Below, piece after piece: positions 1-10,026 of a stretch of 64,000 bases of DNA. Below the pieces are notes generated by a model. That model was not told where the DNA came from. It ran no database searches and saw only the letters and a list, made by a program, of their open reading frames with translations. Both the position numbers and the translations under genes were made by a program. Numbering within the stretch: the first letter of the stretch is position 1; every line of letters begins with the position of its first letter. Location of the stretch: the NCBI GenBank assembly GCA_963833105.1, contig CAWHWU010000033.1, positions 29,030-93,029 on the forward strand, read 5' to 3'. The DNA is from an uncultured Planctomycetaceae bacterium (lineage in GTDB: Bacteria; Planctomycetota; Planctomycetia; Planctomycetales; Planctomycetaceae).

Positions 1-935
1 CGTCGCCTGCGGATCATTTGGGTAAAGCACGTCTCCGGCGACCTGCTCAGAGACAAACCGTGCGTAGGGCTTGTCGTCGTTGAACGAACGGATCAGATAA
101 TCGCGATACGGCCAGGCGTTCGGACGCGGCAGGTCTTCATCGTGTCCATGCGTCTCGGCGAAGTGCACGACATCGATCCAGTGCCGCGCCCAGCGCTCGC
201 CGTACAGCGGGCTTTCCAACAGCCGATCGACAAGCCGCTCGTAAAGCCCGGCGTGTTGTCGGCCGCAAATGCGGCAACCTCCCCAGGCGTGGGGGGCAGC
301 CCGATCAAATCGAAGTAAACGCGGCGGATCAGCGTGCGGCGGTCCGCCGGCTGCGAGGGGGACAGATGGTGCCGTGCCAGATTGGCCGCCACAAAGGCGT
401 CAATCGCGTTGTGGAAGAACTCACCGTACGGAACCGATGCGCGCTCGCCGACTGCGGGAACCGGCGGCCGGGTGAGCGGCTTGAGCGACCAATGATCCGA
501 GCGGGCGGGGCGCAGGCCGGCCGGATCGGCCGGCCAGATCGCTCCCTGTTCGATCCAACGTCGAATCACCGAAACCGCGGCCGTGTCGAGTCGTTGTCCC
601 TCGGGGGGCATGCGGATGGTCGCGTCGACCGCGGAGATCCGCTGCACCAGGCTGCTTTCGCTGCTTTTGCCGGGCACAATGTCCACGCCGTTCTCGCCGC
701 CGCGGAGCGCCGTCTCGCGCCGGTCGAGACGCAAGCCGCTCTCCTGCTGTTTTTCGCCGTGGCAGGAAAAGCAGCGCGCCGCGAGAATCGGCCGCACCTC
801 GCGCGAGAAGTCGACCCGTTTTCCGGAGGCCGCAGCCGGCCGTTCGGCCGCCAGAGAACGTGCGGCCGGTCGGGCGTCAAGCAAAATGAGGAGCGCGGCC
901 GCACAGCCCCACGTGATTCCGCCGACTCGCCCCAT
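1..935 (-). CDS. PSCyt1/DUF1549/DUF1553-family protein (planctomycete cytochrome-c domain protein); 3' end lies outside the window; frameshift near 247-249
   Basis: Hydrophobic N-terminus, then the CFSCHG haem-c motif. A DUF1549-like segment follows (FFHNAIDAFV...RRVYFDLIGLPPTPGEV). After about nt 250 the conserved continuation LYERLVDRLLESPLYGERWARHWIDVVHFAETHGHDED...PYARFVSEQVAGD is in another frame and runs off the window start. Confidence 0.85.
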
Positions 936-1151
936 CGCATTTCACCCCGCGTTCGCCGCACAGCACAGAATTATGGCGGATCGGACCTGGCAGGCACAGG
1001 GTGCGAGTGGTGGCAACCGTCGGCAACCCATTGTAGGCATGGTCTTGAGAGTGATCGTTTTCGTCGGCTGGTTGGTTTATCTCGCGCGTCGCGACCGGGC
1101 CTGTCTCGGCAAACTCCCGTGCCAATCGCCAACTTTCGTCCAGTTCTATAG

Positions 1152-1219
1152 GGCATGCTGTGCATGCCGATTCAATCGTGGTCGTGATCGATGCTCCAAG
1201 GCGGCATGCACAGCATGCC
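1152..1219. repeat. 18-bp perfect inverted repeat (GGCATGCTGTGCATGCCG / CGGCATGCACAGCATGCC) separated by 32 nt
   Basis: Read directly: 1152-1169 is the reverse complement of 1202-1219. It lies in the 670-bp gap between the divergent PSCyt-family gene and sufE. Confidence 0.8.
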
Positions 1220-1602
1220 GTCCGGAACTTCCTGGCGGCGGTCCGGCGGGATGAGCCCCCGCTCTTCTCACAATCCGCACGGTGAGTCAGAGCCAGCGGC
1301 AGCGCCGCGTGGCACGAGGAGGGACCCTAAAAGGGGCCGGAAGTCAAACCACGGATTTCACCGATGACACGGATAAAATCGCACGAACAGGCTCCCACTT
1401 GGTCCGTCGTCGCAACGCACGATTGGTATACGTCGAATCCGTGGTTGCTTGTCGTTTGCGCCAATTCCTTGCGAACCCCAGTGGATTGTCCCGCGAGTCG
1501 CCTTGGAACAGGTCGCACCCCGGCCTAGAATGCTAATGACGGGTGCAGCGCCCTGGATTTTTTGATCGCGGGGCCTTTTGATCGCGCCTGTGTCGTAAAA
1601 CC

Positions 1603-2091
1603 ATGTTGGAAAGCACTTTGGCCGAGTCCGGGAAGAAGCCGTTGAGTCAATCGCAAGCGACGACCATTCCCGAACTGATTGAAACCTTCGACGCGCTGGG
1701 CGATTGGGAATCGCAGTGCGATTACCTGATTGACCTGGGATACGAGCTTCCGGACTTTCCGGAATCGGCACGGAAAGAGGCCAACCGCGTCCATGGCTGT
1801 CAGAGCAATGTGTGGCTGGTGGCGGACAGCAAAGGGAGCAATCCGCCCGTCATCGAGATCGTGGCCGACAGCGATTCGATGATCGTGCGGGGCCTGATCG
1901 CCGTGTTGCTCATGGCCTATTCCGGACACACGGCTGAAGAGATCCTGACGACCGATATCCGGCAAATCTTCACGCGCTTGGGACTGAACCGGCAACTGAG
2001 TTCCGCCCGCCGCAACGGCTTGGAGGGAATGGTCAATCGCATCAAAGGAATCGCGGAAGAGGCGGCCAAGCAGCAGGCGCAGGCGTCGTAA
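1603..2091 (+). CDS. sufE: cysteine desulfuration protein SufE
   Basis: 162 aa with the SufE-type motif RVHGCQSNVWL and an overall SufE/CsdE-like sequence. It sits directly upstream of sufS. Confidence 0.9.
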   Translation: MLESTLAESGKKPLSQSQATTIPELIETFDALGDWESQCDYLIDLGYELPDFPESARKEANRVHGCQSNVWLVADSKGSNPPVIEIVADSDSMIVRGLIAVLLMAYSGHTAEEILTTDIRQIFTRLGLNRQLSSARRNGLEGMVNRIKGIAEEAAKQQAQAS

Positions 2092-2136
2092 CGTCGTCGT
2101 CCCGACCTCGCTTCGACTCCTGGAAACGGGCTTCGC

Positions 2137-3427
2137 ATGTCTCAAGTCACGACCTCCTGCCAATCGATCGACGCCGAACGCATTCGCCGCGAATTCCCGA
2201 TCTTTGATCGGCCGCTGCCCAACGGGCGCCCGCTTGTCTACCTCGACAGCGCGGCCTCGGCCCAGAAGCCGCGCCGCGTGATCGAGAAGGAAACCGAGTG
2301 CTACGAGCGATACTACGCGAACGCCTATCGCGGCGATTATCAGTTCGGCGTCCACGTCGACGAGGAATTGGAGGCGACGCGGGCCAAAGTCCGCGACTTT
2401 ATCGGAGCGGCCGAGCCGGAAGAAATTCTCTTCACCTCGGGCACGACGATGTCGATCAACCTCGTGGCCCAGGCGTGGGGGCGCAAGTTCCTCGCGAAGG
2501 GGGACGAGATTCTGCTCACCCAGATGGAGCATCACGCCAACCTCGTCCCCTGGCAGCAAGTCGCCCGCGAGAAAGGGGCCGAGCTGCGGTTTGTCCGGCT
2601 GGGGCCCGACGGCCTGCTCGATCTCGACCATTTCGACGAGCTGTTGAACGACCGCACGCGGATCGTGGCGATCACGGGCATGTCGAATGTTTTGGGAACG
2701 GCGCCGCCGCTCGCGGAAATCGGCAAGCGGGCCAAGCGCACGGCGCGCTGGTGCTTGTCGACGGCGCCAGAGTGTGCCGCACCTGGCGACCCGCGTCCGC
2801 GAGATGCAGATCGACTTCCTGGCCTTCTCGGGGCACAAGCTGTATGGCCCGACCGGGATTGGCGTCCTTTACGGCCGCCGGACACTTTTAGAGGCGATGG
2901 ATCCGTTCCTTTGCGGCGGGCACATGATCGGCGAGGTTTTTTGGGACCATTCGACCTGGGCCGGGCTGCCGGCGAAATTCGAGGCGGGAACGATTCCGAT
3001 CGCTCAGGCCATCGCCTTGGGGACCGCCGTCGATTTTGTGAGTGAGATCGGCTTTCCGGCGATCCATGCTCACGATCACGATCTCACGTCCTACGCATTT
3101 CAGAGGTTGGCCGAGATCCCCGGCCTGACGATTTACGGACCCGAACCGCCGCACCGCGGACCGATCGTCAGCTTTTCGATCGAGGGGATCCATCCTCAAG
3201 ATCTCGCGAACCTCGTCGACCGGCATGGTGTCGCTGTCCGGCACGGGCATCACTGCACGATGCCCTTGCACGAGACTTTGGGAGTTTCGGCGACGACGCG
3301 GGCCAGCTTCGGCGTCTATTCCACGCGGGCCGACGTCGACGTACTCGTCGAGGCGATCCAATTCGCGCAAAGAAACTGCGGCTCGAGTAAGTGTCGCGCG
3401 ACCGCACGCAAGTGCGATCCCGTGTGA
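2137..3427 (+). CDS. sufS: cysteine desulfurase SufS (class V aminotransferase); two frameshifts at about 2736 and 2768
   Basis: The gene is spread over three frames. N-terminal part: FPIFDR...VYLDSAASAQKP...HHANLVPWQ. A short middle piece: AHGALVLVDGA. C-terminal part: QSVPHL...IDFLAFSGHKLYGPTGIGVLYG...RHGHHCTMPLH. The junction at ggcgccagagt needs one extra c to read GAQSV. Confidence 0.9.
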
Positions 3428-3528
3428 CTTTCTTTCCGGCCGCCGATTTTTGAAAGCGAGCATGAACCGGCTTGCCGACCCGCTTGTCGTCTCGATGACC
3501 ACATCACGGGCGCACGTGGAAGCTTGTC

Positions 3529-4314
3529 ATGGACACTGAGGACGGCAATTGGTTTGAATCCGACTCGTACTGGGCGGCGACGTTCCCGTTCATGTTTCCC
3601 GAGACGAGTTTCGCCGCCGCTGCCGAAAATATTCCGAAGATCGCCACATTGACGGGAATCGCCGCGGGCCATGTCCTTGATTTGGCCTGTGGCCCGGGAC
3701 GTTATGCGATTCCACTGGCGCAAGCCGGCTATGAGGTGACAGGGGTCGATCGCACTCGTTTTTTATTGCAGACGGTGCGCGAGTGGGCTCAAAGTGCCGG
3801 CGCGAAAGTGGAATGGATCGAAGAGGACATGCGGACTTTCATTCGGCCGTCTGCCTTCGACCTGGTGCTCAACGTCTTCACATCCTTCGGCTATTTCGAG
3901 AACCCGACCGAGAATCGCCGCGTGCTCGAAAATATCTTCGCCAGCCTCAAGCCGGGAGGAACATTGCTGTTCGATCATTTGGGCAAGGAGCTGCTTGCAG
4001 CCCGCTTTGTGCCGACATGGTCGGACGCAGCGCCGGATGGCAGTCTGCGGATCGTTCGCCAATCGATCCTGGACGACTGGTCGCGGATCGAAGCGGAATG
4101 GATCCTGCTCGCGCAGGACCGTGCGACGACATTCCGCATCCGGCATTGGATTTACTCCGGTCGCGAGATCCGCGATCTCTTCACGAGCGTTGGCTTCGCC
4201 GACATTTCGCTCTACGGATCCCTGGACGGGACTCCATATGGCCCGCAGGCGCAGCGGCTTGTGGTCGTCGCGCGAAACCTCGTTCCTAATCTCCGACGCG
4301 CCGATTCGGGTTAG
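3529..4314 (+). CDS. class I SAM-dependent methyltransferase
   Basis: SAM-binding motif I VLDLACGPGRYAIPLA followed by EVTGVDRT, with the typical post-I and post-II spacing. Confidence 0.8.
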   Translation: MDTEDGNWFESDSYWAATFPFMFPETSFAAAAENIPKIATLTGIAAGHVLDLACGPGRYAIPLAQAGYEVTGVDRTRFLLQTVREWAQSAGAKVEWIEEDMRTFIRPSAFDLVLNVFTSFGYFENPTENRRVLENIFASLKPGGTLLFDHLGKELLAARFVPTWSDAAPDGSLRIVRQSILDDWSRIEAEWILLAQDRATTFRIRHWIYSGREIRDLFTSVGFADISLYGSLDGTPYGPQAQRLVVVARNLVPNLRRADSG

Positions 4315-5056
4315 CCCAGGGCCGCTTCGAGCACGCCGCGCAAAAACGGAGCCTTGTCAGTCGCCGTCGACGCGTCCAAGCGCGAAACGAGCGGCAAAGA
4401 TTGGAAATCGGCGTGAGGCCCGCCTGGCGACGGTGGATCGTCCGGCCCCAGCCAAGCGATCAGGGTCGGTTCGCTCTCCCCGGAAGCGTCGGGTCGCCAG
4501 TCGAAAATCTCGACGCCTCGCGTCGTCGACAACAGATCGTTGCGCAGACTTTGTCGCTGTGCGTGCGATGAGCCGGCCAGCGCCAATACCAGCGGACGAC
4601 GCAGGAGCCGTAAACGCAGCTCCGCGACCGTCAGTCGTTTGACCGGATGGCGAACGTCGGCCGCGATCTCCACGAGGGGATCCAAAACGAAACGGCGATA
4701 CCAGCATGCCGGATGCGGAACGCGCAGCCGCGGCACGTCGATGATCTGATCGGCATAAAAGATCAGGTCGAGGTCGAGGGGCGCGGTCCCCAATGTTTAC
4801 CGGGAGTTCGTCCGGCCCGGCGTTCGAGGTCCTGCAGGAGATCGAGCAGGACCAACGGCTCGAGGTCCGTCTCAACTTCCGCGGCCGCGTTGGTGAATTC
4901 TCCTCCGGCGTTTGGTCCCACGGCTCGTGTTCGAAATACCGAACTGACACGCGTCACCGTGACGGGTCCGTCCCGCCCCAAGCGCGCGACAGCCCAGCGG
5001 AAAGTCTCGTCAACGTCACCGACGTTGCCGCCGAGGGCGATATAGCAGCAAGACAT
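4311..5056 (-). CDS. folK: 2-amino-4-hydroxy-6-hydroxymethyldihydropteridine diphosphokinase (HPPK) with a C-terminal extension; frameshift at the G-run 4778-4781
   Basis: CYIALGGNVGD at the N-terminus. WGPR then PLDLDLIFY...LRVPHP...RRFVLDPLVEI continues in the adjacent frame (ORFs 4763..5056 and 4311..4793). Confidence 0.85.
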
Positions 5057-5095
5057 GCGACTGCCGCTTGCGCACTGGAGGCCGCACCGCGTTAA

Positions 5096-5266
5096 CTACT
5101 CGGCGGCCTGGATTTGAGTCTCGATGGACGTGTACTTCGTGTTGAGATTCGTGCCGATGGCGGCAACGGTCGCAAACACGGTCATCAGAATCAGCGAGAG
5201 CATAATCGCGTATTCAACTGCAGTTGCAGCGTCGTCGTTCTTGTGAAACGCGGCCAACCATCTCAT
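5096..5266 (-). CDS. flp: Flp family type IVb pilin (56 aa, below the ORF-track length cutoff)
   Basis: My own translation: MRWLAAFHKNDDAATAVEYAIMLSLILMTVFATVAAIGTNLNTKYTSIETQIQAAE. It has the Flp-type AVEY motif followed by a hydrophobic helix. GGAGG lies 6 nt upstream of the ATG. Confidence 0.8.
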   Translation of the reverse strand: MRWLAAFHKNDDAATAVEYAIMLSLILMTVFATVAAIGTNLNTKYTSIETQIQAAE

Positions 5267-5577
5267 GGTTCAACCTCCCGGGCGACTGCCTCTGCAGCTG
5301 GTGTTGGGACTCGGTCATTTTGGTTTTTTGTGAATTTCGCTACTGAAACATACGCCGCCCTAGTCGGACAGTCAAAAACCATCTTTTCGTTGTAGGAGGG
5401 ATTTTGCGTTGCCAAAAGGCGACAGGTATGAAAACTGCAACTCTCACGTGCAGCAACGGGGACTTTTAGGGATCGCATGTCCAGTTGATTGGCACGCCGG
5501 TCTGGCGTTTTTGGGCTGTAACGGCCATACTTATTGGATTGTTTTGAAGCGGCGTAACAGGGCGAAGACGAGGGGAT

Positions 5578-5796
5578 ATGGCGAAAGAAGAAGCAATCCA
5601 GGCAGAGGGTCGAGTGACGGAGGCGTTGGCCAATACCCAATTCCGCGTTCAATTGGATAACGGCCACGAAGTGCTGGCGCACGTCGCCGGCAAAATGCGC
5701 AAGCATTTCATCCGAATTGTGCCGGGAGACCGCGTGCTCGTGGAAGTCTCCCCGTACGATCTCAAGCGCGGCCGCATCACGTTCCGCGAACGCTGA
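5578..5796 (+). CDS. infA: translation initiation factor IF-1
   Basis: 72 aa: [70 protein letters not shown]. This is a canonical IF-1 S1-fold sequence. Confidence 0.97.
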   Translation: MAKEEAIQAEGRVTEALANTQFRVQLDNGHEVLAHVAGKMRKHFIRIVPGDRVLVEVSPYDLKRGRITFRER

Positions 5797-5848
5797 CCCT
5801 TCGCTCCACCCTGGGCTCTTTCGTCGTCCTCGTTGGCAAATTTCCGCA

Positions 5849-6352
5849 ATGCCGGAACCGGCCCCTGCACCCGCCACCCCGCATGACGCGGCCACGGTTC
5901 CGCGCGTGATTCTCTTCACCGATGGCGCCTGCCGCGGAAATCCGGGCCCCGGAGGTTGGGCGTATATCCTCCGTCATCCGGCGACCAAGGTTGAGAAAGA
6001 GGACTCCGGAGGCGTTTCTCAAACGACGAATAACCAAATGGAACTGCAGGCGGTGATCCAGGGCTTAAGCGCGCTCAAGCGGCGCTCCGCCGTGGAAGTG
6101 ATTACCGACAGTGTCTACGTCGCGAAGGGGGCACGGGAATGGCTGCCCGGTTGGAAGGCCAACGGCTGGCGACGGCGTGAAAAGAACCGCTGGGTGCCTG
6201 TCAAGAACGTGGAACTGTGGCAAGCGCTCGACGCGCTCATGGCGCGGCACGATGTACGTTTCACCACGATCGCCGGGCACAGCGGCCACGCGGAAAACGA
6301 ACGCTGCGACGAACTGGCCGTGGCGGCCGCTCTGAAACAGATGGGTGGATAG
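5849..6352 (+). CDS. rnhA: ribonuclease HI
   Basis: LFTDGACRGNPGPGGWAYIL...TTNNQMELQAVIQGL...VITDSVYV...GHSGHAENERCDELA. I chose the internal ATG at 5849 because the longer ORF overlaps infA. Confidence 0.9.
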   Translation: MPEPAPAPATPHDAATVPRVILFTDGACRGNPGPGGWAYILRHPATKVEKEDSGGVSQTTNNQMELQAVIQGLSALKRRSAVEVITDSVYVAKGAREWLPGWKANGWRRREKNRWVPVKNVELWQALDALMARHDVRFTTIAGHSGHAENERCDELAVAAALKQMGG

Positions 6353-6386
6353 GATGTCGTTCGGCCGCTTGCCGACCGTCATCGGT

Positions 6387-7133
6387 TCAGAGTTCGATGC
6401 GTGCGAAAAGGTATCCGCCGAAAAACATCAGGCCGACCGTGACAGCCGCCAGGACGCCGACGTCGGTGGCCGCATGGAAATAGGCGACGCCGCCCAGCAC
6501 GCCCCGCAAGCCGTCGACGCCGTAGGCAAGCGGATTGATCCGCGCAATCACCTGCAAGGCCCAGGGCGCGTCTCGCAGCGGAAACAAGGCGCCTGAAAGA
6601 AAAAACGTGGGCATGACCAGAAAGTTCATGACGAGTTGAAAGCCCTGAAAGTCGGTCATGGCCGAGGCGATCGCCGTTCCCAGCGCCGTAAACAATACCG
6701 CGATGAGCGCCATGAATAAGAGAGCCATCGGCGCAGCGGCCAGTCCGGAAAACCGAAAGCCGGCTGCAAGACAAAAGGCGCACACAATCAGCCCCTGGCC
6801 CACGGCCACCGTGGCCCCCCCGAGCACGCGGCCGATCATGATCGTGAGCCGTGAAACGGGCGCAACGAGCGTCTCCTTCAAGAATCCGAATTGCCGGTCC
6901 CAGATCAGCTCAATGCCCGAGAAAACGGACGTAAACAGAACGGTCATGGCGATCACGCCGGGCGCGAGGAATTGGATATAGTTGCCCTGACCGGCCTTTT
7001 GAAAGACGGGGCCCAGACCGAAGCCCAGGCCAATCAAAAACAACAGGGGCTGGCCGAGCGACCCGATAATCCGCGCCCGGGAGCGCATGTAGCGCTTCAC
7101 CTGGCGGAGCCACAGAACATAGATGACGTCCAC
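6387..7133 (-). CDS. ABC-2 type transporter permease
   Basis: 248 aa with six predicted TM helices and an ABC-2 signature region (FLAPGVIAM...WDRQFGFLKETLVAPVSR). It lies 3 nt downstream of the ATPase gene. Confidence 0.85.
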   Translation of the reverse strand: MDVIYVLWLRQVKRYMRSRARIIGSLGQPLLFLIGLGFGLGPVFQKAGQGNYIQFLAPGVIAMTVLFTSVFSGIELIWDRQFGFLKETLVAPVSRLTIMIGRVLGGATVAVGQGLIVCAFCLAAGFRFSGLAAAPMALLFMALIAVLFTALGTAIASAMTDFQGFQLVMNFLVMPTFFLSGALFPLRDAPWALQVIARINPLAYGVDGLRGVLGGVAYFHAATDVGVLAAVTVGLMFFGGYLFARIEL

Positions 7134-7136
7134 GAG

Positions 7137-7931
7137 TCAACGTCTCCACAAGCGGGCGATGTTGCGCATGCGGTCCATCGGATTGGCCTCCTCTTCCCGA
7201 ATGGACGAGCCGGTCAGCGCAAGGAAGGCCTGTTCCAGAGTCTCGGAACCCGTCTGCTGTTTGAGTTCGCCGGGTGATCCTTGGGCGACGATACGGCCAT
7301 GATCGATGATGGCAATGCGATCGGCGACGCGGTCGGCCTCTTCCATATAATGCGTGGTGAGAAACACCGTCACGCGTTCCTCGGTATTCAGCGTGCGCAC
7401 GTGCGCCCAAAGATGGTTCCGCGTTTGAGGGTCCAATCCGAGAGTCGGTTCGTCCAGGAACAGAATCTTGGGCGTATGCAACATGCCGCGGGCAATCTCG
7501 AGCCGGCGTCGCATCCCGCCCGAAAACGTCTTCGCCCGGTCGCCGCGCCGGTCCCAAAGTTCAAACAACTTGAGCAGCATCTCGATCCGCGTGGAACGCA
7601 CGCGTCGAGGCACGCGGTAGAGGGCCCCGTGGATGTCCAAATTCTCGTAGGCCGTCAGTTCGTCATCGAGCGACGGATCTTGAAAGACGATCCCGAACCG
7701 TTCGCGGACTTCATTCTGGTGATGGGTCGGATCGAGGCCGTCGATCTCCACTTGTCCACTCGTCGGCTTCAGCAACGTCGTCAGGATTTTGATGGTGGTT
7801 GTTTTTCCAGCGCCGTTGGGCCCCAGAAAGGCAAAGATCTCGCCGGCCTCGACGGAAAATGAGATATCGGCGACGGCCGTGAACGTGCCGTACTTTTTGA
7901 CCAGATTCTGAACGCGAATAATCGACGCCAA
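7137..7931 (-). CDS. ABC transporter ATP-binding protein (DrrA/CcmA-like)
   Basis: Walker A GPNGAGKTTT, signature FSGGMRRRLEIA, Walker B ILFLDEPTLGLD. The TTG start at 7931 is proposed because the longer ORF (to 8105) overlaps mnmE and adds a non-conserved Arg-rich leader. Confidence 0.85.
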   Translation of the reverse strand: MASIIRVQNLVKKYGTFTAVADISFSVEAGEIFAFLGPNGAGKTTTIKILTTLLKPTSGQVEIDGLDPTHHQNEVRERFGIVFQDPSLDDELTAYENLDIHGALYRVPRRVRSTRIEMLLKLFELWDRRGDRAKTFSGGMRRRLEIARGMLHTPKILFLDEPTLGLDPQTRNHLWAHVRTLNTEERVTVFLTTHYMEEADRVADRIAIIDHGRIVAQGSPGELKQQTGSETLEQAFLALTGSSIREEEANPMDRMRNIARLWRR

Positions 7932-8056
7932 GGCCGGCCTCGGATGTGTTCGGATCGATGCGGGTGAATAATATGTTGCCCAACAGGGAACAAGAAGCCG
8001 TCCGCGATGGGATGTCGCGAGATTGCCAGCCAGGAACGATCCGTTTTCAATAAACC

Positions 8057-9438
8057 GTGATGCAATTCCAGCTCGACGATACGATCGGTGCTCTGGCAAC
8101 CGCACCCGGCGGGGCGGCCCGCGGCGTCATTCGCGTGAGCGGCCCCGCGGCGGTGGTGTCGGTTGATGGCGTTTTTCGCCCGACGGACGAACGGCGTTGG
8201 AGATCGGCACGCCCGGCCTCCGCCCACGCCGGTGTGCTGCGCGTGACGGCCCTCGACACGCCCCTTCCCGTTTTGCTTTATCGTTGGCCGGCCGGCCGCA
8301 GCTACACGGGCCAATCGGTTATCGAGATCCATGCGCCGGGTGCGCCCCGTTGCTCGAAGCGATCCTGGCCGATCTTTTCGCACGAGGCGTGCGACCGGCA
8401 GTGGCCGGCGAGTTCACACTGCGTGCCTTTCTTTCCGGGCGCATCGACCTCGTGCAGGCGGAGGCCGTGCTCGGCGTAATCGATGCGGCCGATGCCGGCC
8501 ATTTGAGGGCCGCCCTGCGGCAATTGGCCGGCGGCGTCTCGGGACGGATCGTCCGGCTCCGCGACGGCCTGCTCGACCTGTTAGCCGACCTGGAGGCCGG
8601 CCTGGATTTCGTCGACGAGGACATTCAGTTCGTCTCGTCAGACGAAGTCGCCGGCCGCATCGCGCACGCGGAGCAGGAAGTGGACGAGCTGCTGGCCATG
8701 TGTGCATCGCGGATGCAGTCGACCGGTCGAGCGCGAATTGTTCTGGCCGGGCTTCCCAACGCGGGAAAGAGCACACTCTTTAACGCACTTGTGGGACGCG
8801 AGGCGGCCCTCGTTTCCTGTGTCGCCGGCACGACGCGCGACTATCTGCGCGCGCACGTCGATTGGCATGGACTGGCTGTGGAATTGATCGACACGGCCGG
8901 ATGGGACGTGGGCGACGTGGATCAAGCGGACGTCTCCCACGCTGCGCAGGCATTAGGGCAAGAGCAGTGGGTTCAGGCGGATCTGATCGTTTGGTGTTCG
9001 CCAGGCGACTTGACGGCGGCCGAGCAACAACTCGAGAACGATCTGTTGGAACCGTTGCGTCGGCAGAAGCGTTCGTTTCTGGTGGTTCGCACTAAGGCCG
9101 ATTTGCTGTCCGGCACGTTCGGCGATTCTCTCGCCGTGAGCGGCGTTAATCGGCAGGGGCTGGCGGAGCTCGCCACCGCGTGCGTCCGCACACTTGCCAA
9201 TCCCCGAAGCGGCTCAAGCGATTTTATCGGCTCCACGGCTGCCCGTTGTTTCGAGAGCCTGACTCATGCTCGACAGGCCCTGTCGCGGGCCCGCACGGCT
9301 GTCGCCTGCCGGGAGGGCGATGAACTCCTGGCCGTCGAACTCCGCGAGGCCGTGGACCATCTCGGTCGCATCGTGGGGGCTGTCTACACGGACGACATCC
9401 TCGACCGGATCTTCAGCCGCTTCTGCATCGGCAAATAG
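8057..9438 (+). CDS. mnmE: tRNA modification GTPase MnmE; frameshift at the G-run 8338-8340
   Basis: DTIGALATAPGGAARGVIRVSG at the N-terminus. Then GEFTLRAFLSGRIDLVQAEAV, the G domain GLPNAGKSTLFNAL...GTTRD...DTAG, and the C-terminal FCIGK. The gene is split across ORFs 8057..8479 and 8197..9438. Confidence 0.9.
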
Positions 9439-9462
9439 GTTGCGAACGGGGAGCCGCCTGCG

Positions 9463-9810
9463 ATGCGCTTGTTCGTCTACGGCACGTTGAAACGAGGTGA
9501 GCCGCGGGACCGTTACTTATCCGGACAGACGTTTATCGCCGTGGCTCGCACGCGACCGGTCTATCGGCTTTACAATCTCGGCGAATACCCCGGGCTTGTC
9601 AGAAGGGCAGACGGATTGGCAATCGAAGGCGAACTCTGGGAGGTCGACGAGGCCTGCCTGAGGCGGCTCGACCAGGTCGAAGGCTGCGACGAAGGCCTGT
9701 ATTGTCGCAGTCCCGTGGATCTCGCACCGCCGCACGACGGCTCGCCGGCCGTGACGTATCTCTATCAAAAAAACGTCGACGGTCTTTCCGAATGCGGAAC
9801 GCGTTGGTGA
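9463..9810 (+). CDS. gamma-glutamylcyclotransferase (AIG2/GGACT-like) family protein
   Basis: MRLFVYGTLKRGE...YPGLV...GELWEV...LD..EG pattern, typical of the family. Confidence 0.75.
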   Translation: MRLFVYGTLKRGEPRDRYLSGQTFIAVARTRPVYRLYNLGEYPGLVRRADGLAIEGELWEVDEACLRRLDQVEGCDEGLYCRSPVDLAPPHDGSPAVTYLYQKNVDGLSECGTRW

Positions 9811-10026
9811 CCAGGCATGGGACGGGCCACCAAACATCGGCCGCTTAGTGCCTCTGTGAGCCGACGATTTTGCTTGGTTCGCCGCGCAGACGGTGGCTGA
9901 AAATGTCGCAGCCTTTTTTCGATCTGGACCCGTCTGAACAGGTGTGGTACATGACGCCCTCTTGGCGCGGACCGAGCGGCGTCGACGGCGGTCCTGCGCC
10001 GTGCTTCTTTCTCGACAGGGCACCGC

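Noticed and set aside
1330-1385. The REP-like sequence CCACGGATTTCACCGATGACACGGATAAAATC, and the similar REP-like hairpin at 31795-31824, considered as functional elements.
   Set aside because: They resemble dispersed short repeats that I believe are common in planctomycete intergenic DNA. Single copies here give no basis for a specific claim.
1525-2838. Long antisense or overlapping ORFs. Examples: 1525..2838(-), 9517..10629(-), 12584..13912(-), 15049..16005(-), 21960..22964(+), 25847..26713(-), 40771..41937(+), 42395..43507(-), 45140..46102(-), 46607..47746(-), 49688..50650(+), 52763..54352(+), 57991..58935(+).
   Set aside because: Each lies opposite or out of frame to a gene with clear family motifs. 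Their translations are R/G/P/A-rich with no recognisable motifs. This is the expected stop-codon-poor shadow ORF of high-GC DNA.
5263-5919. 218-aa minus-strand ORF spanning the infA region.
   Set aside because: It is antisense to the unmistakable infA gene and the rnhA start, and it has no motifs.
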